A stretch of 64,000 nucleotides of DNA, from contig NMRA01000102.1 of assembly GCA_002633005.1 (NCBI GenBank), positions 940,880 to 1,004,879 on the forward strand. The letters run 5' to 3'. A program made the translations under genes and the position numbers. The stretch comes from Phoronis australis. Lineage: Eukaryota; Animalia; Phoronida. The notes below the pieces were generated by a model, which ran no database searches, was not told the DNA's origin, and worked only from the letters and a program-made list of their open reading frames with translations. Positions within the stretch are counted from its first letter, which is position 1; each line of letters opens with the position of its first letter. Of the stretch, positions 52,107 through 64,000 are shown piece after piece.

Positions 52107-55100
52107 TTGTTAACACTAGAAAGAGGTTGGTGTTTCGCTCATGAAGTGAGATAAATTATTGAAACTAATACATAGTTTTGACTAAGTAGATGCAGGTGGC
52201 TTTCATACAAGCAGCTCGTTAGCCCTTTGGAAATCTCCTTGCCTTGTTTTGATATTTGAGAGTAATCAATGACCACTATACATATTGTCCTAGAAAAACT
52301 GTATTTGTTCACTTTTGACTAACACTTTTTAAGTTGTGCTTAGTAAGTAGGAACGACTTGTGTACAAGTGCATCATGAGTATGTTTTTTATAATGATTGG
52401 CTAAATAAAGTATTTATCTATCTATGTATCTATCTAAGTATCTGTTTTCTATCGACGTATCTTGTGATTTTGTTACTCTGCACATACGTCATTCTAAGTA
52501 CCCTATTAGGAGTATAGTTCGAAGCCAAGTGTACAGCGTGCAGGCGAATGTTTTGTATTAATGGGCGCAGTGCGCACCATCAAAGAAGGGCACGGACAAT
52601 CACTGAGCGCAGTGTGCACAATCACTGAAGGGCAACGGGCACGGTAAAGCAATCACTGTGAAGTGTGGCTTGTGGTAAGATACTGGCTTGCCTTGCCAAG
52701 TTATCTGACGTCATTTTTATCAGTTCTGTCAATCATGCGCCAGATAAAACAGCATCGTCTTATGCGGAAGTACTACTCTAAATTAACTCCCTGTCGCAGG
52801 TAACTCCATGAGGTGTCGCCACCTGGTGACTTTCACAGGGCCGTCAATTCCTCCGTTTTGGGGCCAAATATCGGCCCCATGCACCTCTGCGAAATATTTT
52901 ATAATCACAAGAAGTTCCCCTAACGAAGCCCGAATCTTACCATCGAATGATAAAAATTCCTTTGGAGGTTTAAATGAATTATAACTCACACGTCCGTTAA
53001 TTTGAAACAGCACAAGTTTTGGCTAATTGAGGCAGAAAATATGACGGTGGAGGTTGCTGTTGATGCTAACCTGGAAGGTGGATAGAATTTTTCCCTGACT
53101 CAAAAGTTCCCCGTCTTAGAAGGTATAAGCAATTTTCCCCTGAGGCGAACGAGGGCCCTGTGACATCTCAAATGCAAAGTCCACATGTAGCGGAAACAGT
53201 CGAATTCACGGGGACCGTCATATTGAAGTCACGCTATTACTGGTGTCAATACAGATAAACAAGCCATCTCAGCTGGTGTGCCTGCTTGCGTTGTTTATTT
53301 GGCAATACGAAAACTTAGTTTAAAAAGATGAGTATCATTATTCCAGTGTCAAGCACAAAATCAGTAGATAACATCTTGATTGCCTTTACTGAGCTTGTAA
53401 ATCTACGTGATGATCTGATGAGAAATCAACATTTGGAAGTTATGTACTAACAGTGTCTCAGTTTATTGCCCTTTCCAATTGGTAATATGTACTGTTTTAT
53501 TTGGGGAAGTTGATATACATGTACACTTTGAGAAATTACAACAGGAGAATATGATACAAAGCATGGTTCATAGATTATACGACCGGAAAAACAACCAAAA
53601 GTACTTCAAGCAGTGAATCCAGTAAACGCATTACAAAAGTCAATTCTCTTAGCCTCTGTAAGGGTCATCTCCATCCACCAGTCGTTCAAAAAAGTTCTGA
53701 AAGTAAAATGTACGCAACCTCGTAAAAGTTTGCTCAACATGACCTCCACTCTATGGTTCATCTACGTTATAAAGTCATTGACAGTCCTGTACAAAACTGG
53801 TTTTGCTTTCGTGAGTGTTGCCGTGTGAATATACGGAGGGATGTAATGGTATTGTAATCTTTCTGTTCCGTGGACCAATATGGCCCATGAACACAGCGAA
53901 AGTAACATCCGCAAACAACTGAATACCATAAAAACTTGTTCGAATCTCGTCTGCAAAGAACAAAAAACGCAAAAATAACAAAATGGTTGATAAGGGGCGT
54001 GGCCAACAAAAGACACAGAAAAAACAGACCATGGAAGCAAATTATACACAAAAATACAGCAATCTAAATACAATAATATCTACTCAAATACACAAACGAA
54101 GAAAAATGAGAATGTACAAACTGCGTCCAAAACAAAGGAAATGATACAGGCTACTAGAAATGCAGACAAATGTTTTGTGCAGTGAGAAGAAAAAAGCAAG
54201 GCGATTCCTCACTACCACATAACTGTAATCCATGCTCATGCACTGTCGTATGTAATTTTATAGCATTACACTTTTTCTTAGTGACATGCCAGTGCAGGTT
54301 AAACTCCCCATTTGTCCACTTTAACGACCGATAGGAATACAAAATAAATCAGTTGCTAATTTATAGAATAGCTCACAACGTATAAAACGTATTGACATTG
54401 GGAATATCATCACAAGTCAAAGTTGCAAAATGTCATGACAAAATATTGAACGGTGATAAAAATGCTCATTACTCGCACAACTCCATACACAACTGAACTA
54501 AAAAGACTTGGATTACAAGACTAAAATTTAATTTCATATACTCTCTCTTCAACTTATTATTAACAGCAAATACTTCAGCCAAGTTACAACCTGACCACGA
54601 GTTCATATATGTTACCCAGTCACAACTTATTTTAACCACAATCTCCAAAAACGTACAAAGTGGGCACACCATATACCATGACAACGAGAAAATCTGACCA
54701 ACCTTCTCACTCTTTACTAATTCAATAGTAAACGACAGCTACTGTTGCCAAAGTTACAATAAAGCTGAAAACTACATGCAATTTACTCACATAAATGTAG
54801 GTGTGTGTCATCAAGAAGCAACCTGATTCTGATTCCTTAGCTCAAAAAGGTGACACAAACCATTATGACAAATAACACTGTTCTGAGATCAGTGTAGAGA
54901 ATACACGAGCAGAGAAAATGTTTTTTATCCTATGCATACGACAGTACAAAAATCACACAAACGCTCCTCAATACGAATAAAAATACCAAAACGTTCAGTT
55001 TATTCTTTCAGCAACAAGACACTACATCTAAATTGAGAAAATAGGGACTTTTACCCCAGATCTTTTTAACTAAAATTTTGTTTGACACATTGTTTCAAAT

Positions 55101-56749
55101 AATTCAAATTGGGTTTGATAAAAAATTCCGCCCTGCATTCACACTGTGAAAAAATCATCAATTTCACGGGCTAACCTTTCATATAATGTTTCAATTTGAC
55201 CAAACTTAGTAAAATTTTGAAAAACAATGACCGATTTTCCTTTCTACACGTGATGTCCCAGTGATATATTTGCTTTGAGAGACGATAATCAGACATGCAA
55301 ATAAGTCTATTCCAGAGCCGTAATACACATAATTTCTGGAGAACTTTTTGACATCTTCATTTATGGCGGAGTGGTTAAACCAAATATTGTTGGCACCTCA
55401 TTCCACACCAGCTTGTTCTTAATATGAGCATTCGTGAATTCTGATTCCTGGAAGTGACGAGAGCATAACATGAAGTTCTTGGACAAGTAGGCATCTCTAT
55501 TCGTAAAGTCTGCTCCCAGCGCTTGCATCTAACACTCACCAGACCGGCTATCTGCTGGTCTGCCCACTCCTCGATGGTATAAACAGGAAGGCTGGGGGTA
55601 GCCTGCGCCTAGCACTTTCTTCTGGATATCAATTTAGTGATGATAAACGGACGAGATAACTGAAACAGCAAACTGTACTTAAGACTTATGTCTGACATTC
55701 CACTCAAATATTTACGTGAAAAATAATTTCATTAATCAAATCTCACTTGAGCAAAAGTCTCCCAAGAATATACAAGTAACTGCTAGTTATTAAGATAATT
55801 TCAGCAATTATTTCTAGAGTGTGATGCACTCATAATTACTTGGCGAAATCTTTTTTCACTAATTGTGAAGTCACAGTGTAAGACCAAAGTTCTAACGTAA
55901 GTCTTATGTCACTTTCATGAAACAGACCACTGCTGTTTAAAAGGATACCAAACCAAGATTTGACGATTTCCACCAATTTTTGTTCCGTCACCCGCTAATG
56001 CACCATTAAAATAAAAAACCTGGCTCGTAATTGAAAATAAAATTCAGTATTCGGCCATCAATTCTGCTTTCTTGGTTTTAATAATTCTTACGTCTATTGC
56101 GTGTGGTAGGATTCAAATATCAATCTGTACCAAGTGGAATTTTAAAATTAAAACAACCTCGTTTTAGAGCTCAGTTTCAGTTAACTGGACAGAGCCAGCA
56201 TATTCATCATGTTTCTTCAGGGGCCTCGTTCGTTCACTCCCGACTAGGGGAAAGATGCCTGTGCCTTCAACATGTGGATTTTTTTAGCCGAGTGACGGGA
56301 AAAATCTAGCTCCCGATCACCATCAATAAGACCCCCGCCCTGTTGTAAGCTCTCATAGGCTATGTCTCAAATAGCATTTTGTGCTCTTTCCGTCAAATTG
56401 TCACCTGTGTGGTTCACTCCAAATGATTTGAACTTCGAAGAGAAATTTCCAATCACTTTTTATACCTCGTGGGGGAATTTCGCGTGATTTTATAATATTT
56501 TTTAGAGGGGAATGGAGTCGATATTCGGCCTCAAAATCGAGGGATTGAGGGCCCTGTCCTTTTTGGAAAGAAAAATGCATCATGAAAACACATCATTGAG
56601 CCGGCTGGCTGAAGATTCTCTAGTCGTCATTACTCGGCAACGAGATGCTATCAAATATGATTAGAAAACATTTATAGACTTCACACGGGCATATTCTCTT
56701 TCGTCGCTTCCGCATTTCAGCGTCCTTAGTAGAAGACTGGTAGCCTAAT

Positions 56750-56774
56750 CTACACTACACTACACTACACTACA
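56750..56774. repeat. (CTACA)n microsatellite
   Basis: Directly visible. Confidence 0.8.
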
Positions 56775-57105
56775 ATAGTCTTGTCGTCCTGAGTCTGTGA
56801 AATAGACAAAACCGTCTTGGTGCCAACAAAAACCTAGGACTCAAATGATGATACAGGCATATTTCAGAGCCGTGCCCGCATCATTGGCGCATAAAATCAA
56901 GTTTTCATTGAAGCACTGGTGTTGCATAAATTAACTTTAACTGGCACATTATAATCATGGCGACTTTTCACTGAGTCCCACAGATCCTCTAACTTGACTC
57001 ATCGATAGATTTTACGCCCTGTGACTGTTGTGACTATTGCCGAGCCATCGATCATATTTACCCATGTCCATGGGTAACTTTTTCTAAAATTATCCTTGCC
57101 ATCGC

Positions 57106-60100
57106 TGTTGTGTTACAAAGATAAAGTCCGATAGCTTAGAAGTGTATTTGATTACGAGGTCTCTTACCAGCGGGCTATCTTGCGAAAGTCGTCCACACAG
57201 CCCCCCCCCCTAACGGGCAAGCCGGAAACTAATAGGCATACAACATCTCCCTTTATGGGATCACGAACCCTTAACAACTATATAGAAGAAAATCACTTAA
57301 TAAGTATAAAAATAAAACAGTCACTCTGTGCCATTTATCAAGCGTTTGTCAAATCTTAACACTAGAAGTATGTCTCAGTTCTTCACCTAAACCACAATTC
57401 ATTGCTCAATCAATCTTTCCGGGGGTTTTGAGATCCTCCCGATCTACGTGTAGTTCTCACTATCGTGGCATGCTCTATATCTCGAGCAGGGTCATCGATG
57501 TCGCCATCAGTCTCACTATCGTGACCCTCTGCCTCATTCTGGTACTCGTCCTAATCCAGATTAATATTTTCCTGGTTCTCCTGTGGTGATGGCACGAGGA
57601 ATTGTCGGTTTCTGCGAACCCTTCCTGTTGGTGTTTCGATCACAAACGATCCGTCAACATTCCTGTGTTTTACTGTTCCGAACTGTCTCAGAGATCTGTC
57701 CCATACCGTGTCATTTTAATTTAGAGGTGGTAAGGTTCTGGCACGGTGCCGGTGATCATATTGATCCTTTTCTTTCAACTTATTTTTCTGCTCAATTGTC
57801 TGCACCGTCTCCACATACTCCCAACACGGTACGAAGTTTTTCCGATTTTCCGGTAGTTTTGTGCGCAACTTCCTACCCATTACAAGCTCAGCCGGACTAT
57901 TATAACCTTTTCTTATAGATGTAGCGCGATAGCTAAGAATAGCAGCATTAGGGTCTTTCGAACCCGATATTAAACGTTTCACCGTCTGAACCGCTCTTTC
58001 CGCCTCCGCGTTACTCTGGGGATACCGAGGGCTACTTGTTCGGTGGGTAAATCCGTATTCCGTTGCAAAGCCATGAAATTCTGAACTAGAATATTGTCCT
58101 GCGTTATCTGACACAAATATCACTGGGATGCCATGGCGCGCAAAAACCGAACGCAAATGTGTGATAACGCTCGTAGAAGTGCTTCTATGCAATTTTGCAA
58201 TCTCAATAAACCTTAAGAAATAGTCGACAGCCAACAGGTATTCATTGCCTTTAAAGTGAAATATGTCAGATCCAAGTTTTTGCCATGGGAAATCAGGGAA
58301 GAGATCAATAACAAGCGGTTCTGCTTGGTCGGATCGACGCTGAATGCAAATCCTGCAGTTTTTTTACAACGTATTCAATCTCCCTTCCAATATCCGGCCA
58401 CCTTACAGAGTTCTTAGCACGTTCGCGGCATTTCACAATCCCTTGGTGATCCTCGTGGAATTTTTCCAATATCTCCACTCTCAAGCTCGCGGGTATTATC
58501 AACCGATTTCCACGGAAAAGTAAGCCATGACTAAATGTCAGCTCATCCCGTAGTTGCAGAAGTAATGTTTGGACTTTCATATCCGGGCCAACCGTTTAAA
58601 CAATAATCAACAATCACTCGCAGTATCGAATCGGACTAAATACCGCGTCGTTCCTCTGATGCAGGTAAGTGGTCAACTACTGCCTGAATGTATTGTTCCA
58701 CTTCCTCATGCAACTCGGCATCAGATTCTTTTAGGGGTCCAGTTAATGGCGATCTAGAAAGTGCGTCCGCAATATAAAGCGTCTTTCCCGGAACATGGCC
58801 AATATTGTACTCCAAGCGCATCAGCCTCATTCGAAACCTTTGTATACGCGGAGACAAGTCGGTGAGCGGTTTCGATCCAAGGAGTGAAACGAGAGGTTTG
58901 TGACTCGTTTCTATTTGGAACACTTTTCCAATCAAATACTCTGAGAATTGATCACAGGCCCAGGTTACTGCTAAAGCCTCCTTTTCAATTTGCGCATATC
59001 TCTGTTCTGTTGCATACATAGCTCGGGAGGTATACGCGACCGGAGGAAACCCTTCCTCACCGCTCTTTTTTGCATAAGAACAACCCCGAGACCAAAAGAT
59101 GATGCGTCTGACGAGACCACTGTTTCAGCACGCGGATCATACAACGAAAGTACCGGCGCTTGGTATAGTTCACTTTTAAGACTTTCGAAAGCTCGCCTTT
59201 GATCCACATCCCAAACCCATTCAGACTCTTTTGCTAACAACTCTCGAATAGGTTTCGACAAGTCCGCAATGTTTTGAGAAACTTTCCCATTTGGTTTACC
59301 ATTCCTAAAATCTCCTCACTTCCGAAACATTGGAGGGCTCTGGCAAACTTTTAATTGCTTCCACCGTACGAGGGCCAGGTCTGATTTCGTTTGCGTCAAT
59401 CACATGTCCTACGAATGTTATTTCGTTTTTCTCAAATTCACATTTTTATTTGTTCAGGGTTATGCCAGCTTTCGCCAATTTACGTAACACGAGATCAAGT
59501 CTCTCGTCATGCTCTTGTTTCGAGCTCCCGAATATCAAAATATCATCCATTTGGCACACGACTCCTTCTATACGTTCCAGACGTTCTGACATTTTTCGTT
59601 GGAAATGTTCGGGCGCGGACGAAATGCCAAATGGTAATCTGTTAAAACACCAGCGTCCTTGGGGGGTAATAAACGTTGTTAACAATCGGGACGACTCCGA
59701 TAACGGGATTTGCCAAAATCCGGAGTTAGCATCAATTTTCGAAAAAATCCGTGCCCCGCTTAGTTGCGCTACTGCTTGAGTAGTGCTGGGCATTTGGTGT
59801 CTTTCGCGCAAAACCGATTTATTTAGCTGAGTAAGATCCACGCACAAGCGGATTTCTCCCGACGGTTTCGGTATCATTACGAGTGACGCACACCACTGAG
59901 TTGGTTCTTCGGCAAGCGAATTGACCCTTAAGTTTTCCATTAGGTTTAGCTCCGCTCGCACCTTCTCCGTTAGTGGAAACGGGACTCTTCGCGGCGCAGT
60001 CTGAGAAAACGGGACAGCATCCTCCCAAAGCCTAATATGATATTTCGGTCCCTCTATTTTTCCCAGGCCAGAAAATAATTCAGGGTACTTTTCATTGATC

Positions 60101-61256
60101 GCGACGGATCCAAGAAACTCAATAAACCCTAGTTCTTTGCTTGCGTTTTGAATAAGTAATGGTTGCACCAAGTCCTCCACCACATACACTTTTGTACGAA
60201 ACTCCCTTCCTTTTGCCCGGAGTTTCGCGGTAAACATCCCTTTTGTGGCCATTTTGTCCCTGTTAGCACGATACAGTGGGCGATCCGACTTCTGCCGTTT
60301 TGGGCTCCCGATATTGCGTCTGTCTTTCTCACTAATGGCCCTAACATCGGCTCCACAATTGCACTTAAGATAAACAGTATTTCCGCCATACGTTTCAACA
60401 TTCGCAAACCACGGTTCTGACGCGCGCAGAAACGACCCCAAGGAAACTTTTCTCTGGTTCCTCGTCGGATTGTACAGCTCTAAGAGCGGTGCTGTTAGCA
60501 CATTTTCTGGCGAAGTGTCCTTTACGTTGGCACTTGTAGCATTTCGCGTTCGTACCCGGGAAACTTTTGCCATGCCTCCCACCGCACGACTTACACCACG
60601 GAATGTTTTTTTACGTAATTCATCGACTGCTGCGTCTGGAACCGGACGAACGACCGTTTGCTGTTTTCTAACTGCCTCTTTTTGTCGGACTTGTCGGATA
60701 CATTTTTCTAATGTCAGCTCACTGTCCAATTGAAATTGCTCGGACAGTTTATTGTCGCAAATTCCAACAACTATGCGATCCCGGATCATCTGGTCGCGTA
60801 ACTGGTCATACATGTACTCACAATGTTCCGATAACGCGTACAGCTCGGTGATAAATATCTCTGCATGTTCCCATTCGGCTTGATTACGCGCATTAAATTT
60901 CGCCCTTTCGAAAATTACATTTCTTTTCGGCACAAAGTAGCGCTCAAACGAATCCAGTACGCGATCATACTCCTTTCTTTCATCGTCCGTTAGACCGAAT
61001 GTTTTGAACAAATCCTCGGCCTCTGCCCCAGACTATAAATCTACGCGGGTTTATTTGAAACGTGGCCATTTCTCTATCAGTTTAACGCGTTTACGAGTTC
61101 TTAAATGTTCCAGCTAAATCCTGACCCCATGTTGTGTTACAAAGATAAAGTCCGATAGCTTAAAAGTGTATTTGATTACGAGGTCTCTTACCAGCGTGCT
61201 ACCTTGCGAAAGTCGTCCACACAGCCCCCCCCCCCCTAACGGGCAAGCCGGGAAAC
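57106..61256 (-). mobile_element. Degenerate Ty3/Gypsy LTR retrotransposon with 140-bp LTRs
   Basis: 3' LTR 57106-57245 (TGTTG..CAACA) preceded on - by PPT AAAGGGAGA; 5' LTR 61130-61256 truncated at its outer end; PBS TGGGGTCAGGA (tRNA-Leu-like) at 61119-61129. Confidence 0.92.
57716..61040 (-). pseudogene. gag-pol: Gypsy gag-pol, frameshifted
   Basis: gag RNVIFERAKFN, IRDRIVVG; out-of-frame CCHC knuckle KCYKCQRKGHFARKC (60500-60544); degenerate protease; RT FSKIDANSGFWQ, QMDDIL; RNase H SDASSFGLG, EKEALA; integrase VSDNAGQ, SNAEAER. Confidence 0.92.
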
Positions 61257-61980
61257 GCTTGGGTGACTAGAAAGACGGCAGAGGTAAGTGGCATTAAGAA
61301 CAAAAAGGGCAAAAAGTCAAATAAGAGGTCACAAATAGAAAATAAGTAATGTCTATCCGGAATAAAACAATAGCGATTTATTTTCCAGAACTAAAATTTT
61401 AATCGATTTGAAATTCGATATCGTGCCAGTATTACAGTTTGTGGCTGAACTAGAATTGTTGCAAACCACTTTCCACTATTTTTTAGCCTATTTCTGCATG
61501 GTTTTCTGTTCTTTCAAAACAATAGGAGTCAATATAAAATGGCTGCTGAAAAGCAGTGCACAGTTGAAATAACTCGTCATAAATAAACGAAAACTTTTGA
61601 TTCAACGAATACTAGATATTTGTGAGAGTTAAATCAAATCCTATTCAGAACATAACTTTGAAGTAGAATAATTGGGTGAGTACGACAACAAGCCGGTTTT
61701 ATGCTTAGGCGGACGACCATTGGATTCTCGTGTGTACAATTTAAAAGAGCAATTTTTTAGAAATAGTTTCACATAAACTATTTAGCCAATGGGAAGTATT
61801 GTTATAATAATGTTTGAAGAATCTCCGAAACCATGTCAGTTTAATAGCTTTGACAAATGACACAATATGGACTGTATTCCCACTTCCATTTTCAGATTTC
61901 TTTACCATGGACTTTCAAGAGATCATACATGTACATTGTAGACTTGTCCCTTTGAAAATACAGAGATTTGGCGGCCGATG

Positions 61981-62232
61981 TATGTCTATGGTGCGTGTAA
62001 AACTTCAATCGCTCAAAAGCGGCCAATGCATGCTTGGTAGCGTGCTGGGTGTAAATTTGTACGCAGAGGATGGTCGTCTGTGGAGAGTTCAATGAGTAAA
62101 TATAGATTATGTACTATGTCTGTGGTGTGTGTAAAACTGCAGTCGCTCAAGAGCGGGCAATGCATGCTTGGTGGAGTGCCGAGTGTAAAATTGTACTCAG
62201 AGGATCGTCGTCTGTCGAGAGTTCAATGAGTA
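61981..62232. repeat. Tandem duplication of a ~134-bp unit just upstream of the VWA gene
   Basis: tatgtct.tggtg.gtgtaaaact..tcgctcaa.agcgg.caatgcatgcttggt..gagagttcaatgagta at 61981 and 62115. Confidence 0.85.
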
Positions 62233-62385
62233 GGCCTATCTATATTTATCTCGAGCTTGTTGGTCACGAGCCACTTGCGCGTGTCTCAACATTTATCGAA
62301 CGCGAGCGTGCTTGCAACAATCAGGGAGGTGAACAATTGTAGCTTTGAATTGATAACGGTAGTGCAAAGCAGGCGTCTTTTGGCT

Positions 62386-63228
62386 ATGGGGTCGTGTTTT
62401 CTAATTTTTCTTATGTTAACGTCCGGTTTGCCCACTCTTGGTCAATATCAGCTCGATTATCCAAAGTGTCCCAGTGGAGACATTATATCTCTTGCAGAGG
62501 ATTCTGAATCAACCGCTGCTGCGTGGACCGGAATTGCCACATTTGTCTCGCGCTTAGTGGCATCTCTGGAACAGCCGAGTTTCACAGAAATTCGTGTAGC
62601 TACTTATATGTATTCTAAGCATTCTGGTCTTCGTGAAAAAACAGGTTTTTGGAATTCTCACCCATCTTCAAAAAATGAATATTTTAAGCACCGTGTTGAT
62701 GGAAGGGAAGGTAGCGCTCTTGGTCACGCTCTGAAGGAAATACAGCCGAAGGGATTTCCAGATTTCAAGCGAGCAGCACGGTTTCTGCTTGTATTTGCGG
62801 GAGGTGTGCCAGAGGACAGTGACGAATTCGAAGAGGCGATTGAAGAATTGAATTGCAAATACTCTGATGTATTCAGGATAGCAATTTATGTGTCCAGAGT
62901 GGAGCCTAGACAAATGCAACATGTCGCTTATGTTTGCAGGAAATTGGGAAAGGATGGGCATTACTTGTTTCGTCCCACTATTGGGAATTATGTGCCAGGG
63001 CCAGATGATAAGTTTCCTAATCTCTGGTCCGACGAAGTGGGAAAGGAAATTGCTACACGAATCAATTCTCTGTGCTGGACACGAAACAATGCTCCTTCTT
63101 CACTGCCTTGGGTAGAAACATCTATGTGCAGGGATTTCAAGCCGAGCGGACACACTGCGGAGAGAAGTCGTTTTTGTACACTAGAGAACACCGTTGTGCC
63201 AACACATGGTAAGCGCAACTGCATTTGA
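62386..63228 (+). CDS. Secreted single VWA-domain protein (280 aa), coding region intronless, degenerate MIDAS
   Basis: Hydrophobic signal-like start MGSCFLIFLMLTSGLPTLG; VWA pattern DIISLAEDSES..FVSRLV..IRVATYMYS..SALGHAL..RFLLVFAGGVPED..FRIAIYV; uninterrupted ORF. Confidence 0.78.
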   Translation: MGSCFLIFLMLTSGLPTLGQYQLDYPKCPSGDIISLAEDSESTAAAWTGIATFVSRLVASLEQPSFTEIRVATYMYSKHSGLREKTGFWNSHPSSKNEYFKHRVDGREGSALGHALKEIQPKGFPDFKRAARFLLVFAGGVPEDSDEFEEAIEELNCKYSDVFRIAIYVSRVEPRQMQHVAYVCRKLGKDGHYLFRPTIGNYVPGPDDKFPNLWSDEVGKEIATRINSLCWTRNNAPSSLPWVETSMCRDFKPSGHTAERSRFCTLENTVVPTHGKRNCI

Positions 63229-64000
63229 GTCACTGTTTAATTGTAGCTTTAAATTTTACGCAGTGAAAAAAACAAGTCGTTTCCAAGGTTTAACCTAGCC
63301 TTGTACGCAAAGTGTAAGCTAGTCTTCATACAGCTACATGTACATGTGGCTGGTTGACTACATCTTTTACTTATAAAAATGTTCATAATTGATGTGAATA
63401 ACATGAAAAATGACCCCATAGAGGTCACAACTGGCAAAAGGTTGGGTTTAACGACTACAAACATTGATACACAGGCTGTTGAGTACATCTGTTTCTCGAT
63501 CACTACTGACTCCACCCACTGTGACTAAACATTATGTTTCTTGTTAGCCTTGGGACAAAGGTGTATAATAAATATACAGCTTTGCACCGATGTGTGTAAA
63601 AAGTGGTAAAATAAAATCTGTCATAAAATTATTGTCATTAAAAACTACAATCTTCCTCGAGTAAACTAAATTATTTAACGGTGTTGGAAAAATGGCGTTC
63701 TACCGTTATTCTGCTGATAAAGTTGTGGAGCAATCTTTAGCTACGGCTTTCGATGAGATGAAATATTGCGTAACCAATTGGCCAGTTTCTTAGTTTCTTT
63801 TTCGCTGATTCTTCAATCAACTATTCTTCTTTCGGGAAGTTACGTACACGCCATAACAAATCATCGGAACTGGTTTCACATCATTATAGCTTTTTGGAAT
63901 TTTGATACCGAAAAACTGATTTTCAGAAGAAATTTTGCTGCTGCCAAGCTATCATCATCTCCCAAGAGATGTCGCAAAAAGTTAGGAAATGGCGCGTGCG

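Noticed and set aside
53850-53935. Signal-peptide-like MVFSCLRMLLSLCSWAILVHG on the minus strand
   Set aside because: No phase-1 GT donor at the expected position, and it lies in low-complexity sequence
55540-55659. Minus-strand segment with strong AG/GTGAG splice sites as candidate Ly6 exon 1
   Set aside because: Stops in all three frames and no signal peptide; at most a non-coding exon
1-64000. rRNA/tRNA genes and prokaryotic operons or defence systems
   Set aside because: None recognised; only short tRNA-complementary PBS motifs, and the sequence is clearly eukaryotic

Overview
AT-rich, intron-containing eukaryotic (animal, probably invertebrate) scaffold with two N-gaps, dominated by nested and mostly degenerate transposable elements. 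Only two plausible host genes are visible: a spliced Ly6/uPAR (three-finger, quiver/sleepless-like) GPI-anchored protein on the minus strand (exons 32709-32840 and 31507-31703; first exon not found) and an intronless secreted VWA-domain protein (62386-63228). The most notable structure is an ~11.3-kb element (33831-45176) with long imperfect TIRs, carrying a spliced IS3-like (IS3EU-type) DDE transposase remnant convergent with a spliced HECT E3 ubiquitin-ligase remnant. Other mobile content: a near-intact CR1-type LINE with a viral-like 2A (DIEVNPGP) motif, inserted with a 10-bp TSD into a THAP remnant; a RAG1/Transib-like transposase split by a solo LTR and a LINE fragment; a degenerate Gypsy element with 140-bp LTRs; an R1/LOA RT remnant; complex tandem repeats; and about 30 TACATGTA motifs. 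Two within-window paralog comparisons show TACATGTA as a CATGTA insertion at a TA site, as expected for Tc1/mariner excision footprints. All calls are by eye; family assignments rest on recalled motif consensus, not database searches.
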